Source: an uncultured delta proteobacterium
Lineage (GTDB): Bacteria; Myxococcota; Myxococcia; Myxococcales; Anaeromyxobacteraceae
Reading direction: 5' to 3'
Length of the DNA stretch: 64,000 bases
Assembly: GCA_963766715.1 (NCBI GenBank)
Contig: CAVYBH010000008.1
Coordinates: 320,001 to 384,000, forward strand
Shown: positions 63,204-64,000 of the stretch, one piece after another
How the letters are laid out: every line of letters starts with the position of its first letter
Numbering within the stretch: the first letter of the stretch is position 1
Notes under the pieces: generated by a model
Database searches by the model: none
Told to the model about the DNA's origin: nothing
What the model saw: only the letters and a program-made list of their open reading frames with translations
Made by a program: the position numbers and the translations under genes

Positions 63204-63854
63204 CTACTTCCCCTTCGGGACCTTCTCCCAGTCGGCCAGGAACTTCTTCAGGCCGATGTCGGTGAGCGGGTGCTGCGCGAGCTGGGCCAGCACGGCGTAC
63301 GGGATGGTCGCGACGTCGGCGCCCATGCGGGCCGCCTGGACGACGTGGAGCGGGTTGCGCACCGAGGCCACGAGCACCTGCGTCCCGAAATCGTAGTTCC
63401 GGTAGATCTCGAGGATCTGCGCGATGAGCGCCATGCCGTCCTCGGAGACGTCGTCGAGCCGTCCCACGAAGGGCGAGACGTAGCTCGCGCCGGCCTTGGC
63501 GGCGAGCAGCGCCTGGCTGGGCGAGAAGCAGAGGGTGACGTTGGTGCGGATGCCCTCGGAGGTGAGGGCCTTCACGGCCTTCAGCCCCTCGACGATGAGC
63601 GGAACCTTGATGACCACGTTGGGGCCGAACTTCGCGTAGTGGTGGGCCTCCCGGATCATCCCGTCGAAGTCGACCGCGGTGACCTCGGCCGAGACCGGTC
63701 CGGGGACGAGCGCGACGATCTCCTTCAGCACCTCCTCGAAGGGCCGGCCGGTCTTCGCGACCAGCGACGGGTTGGTGGTCACGCCGTCGCACAGGCCGAG
63801 GTCGAGGGCCTTCTGGATCTCTCCGATGTCCGCGGTGTCGATGAAGAATCTCAC
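63204..63854 (-). CDS. tal: Transaldolase / fructose-6-phosphate aldolase family
   Basis: [50 protein letters not shown]. Confidence 0.92.
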   Translation of the reverse strand: MRFFIDTADIGEIQKALDLGLCDGVTTNPSLVAKTGRPFEEVLKEIVALVPGPVSAEVTAVDFDGMIREAHHYAKFGPNVVIKVPLIVEGLKAVKALTSEGIRTNVTLCFSPSQALLAAKAGASYVSPFVGRLDDVSEDGMALIAQILEIYRNYDFGTQVLVASVRNPLHVVQAARMGADVATIPYAVLAQLAQHPLTDIGLKKFLADWEKVPKGK

Positions 63855-63905
63855 GGTGCCTCCGGATTGGTGGGTTCGCGGGCAAGGTGCTACAAGGACG
63901 CGAAC

Positions 63906-64000
63906 ATGTTGTCGAGCCGGAAATCCGTTCGCAGCGGGAAGGCGCGGGCCAAGTCGCCTCGCGCCGCCTCCGCCCGCAGGAAGTCCCTCGTCGACTACGG
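63906..64000 (+). CDS. Possible start of a gene truncated by the window edge ([11 protein letters not shown]...)
   Basis: ATG with AAGGA upstream, open to the end of the window; no recognisable motif. Confidence 0.3.
   Translation, partial: MLSSRKSVRSGKARAKSPRAASARRKSLVDY

Overview
High-GC chromosomal segment whose gene content and protein style resemble Anaeromyxobacter/Myxococcota (inferred, not searched). No rRNA, tRNA, CRISPR array, IS or prophage was seen. Layout: (1) 1-20.9 kb is an acyl-CoA/dicarboxylate catabolic island: a Liv-type ABC transporter with an embedded acyl-CoA ligase, pim-like beta-oxidation genes, a PcaF-like thiolase, an SDR-ACAD-APH kinase-ComB-like operon, IclR and glutaryl-CoA dehydrogenase, with two matching palindromic operators. 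(2) 21-53.5 kb holds mixed housekeeping and envelope genes: lhr, two POT transporters, a sirtuin, apaG, an MshEN-type protein, exbBD, a MaoC pair, a PBP, ppdK, tusA with a thiouridylase-like gene, a double DsbA and a divergent class III cyclase-like protein. (3) 53.5-64 kb is panD-trpEGDCFBA, two tandem DAHP synthases and transaldolase. More than 20 genes carry single-base frame breaks that look like long-read consensus errors, so many long ORFs in the track are artefactual fusions. Best candidate for a new system: trpE has no in-frame ATG/GTG/TTG for its conserved N-terminus. A 7-codon ORF (MTVFLWR*) coupled to panD carries GTG-TTT-CTT-TGG-C, the prfB +1 shift site with UGA replaced by the Trp codon UGG, which suggests a tryptophan-sensing +1 ribosomal frameshift. 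A one-base assembly error cannot be excluded from this sequence alone.
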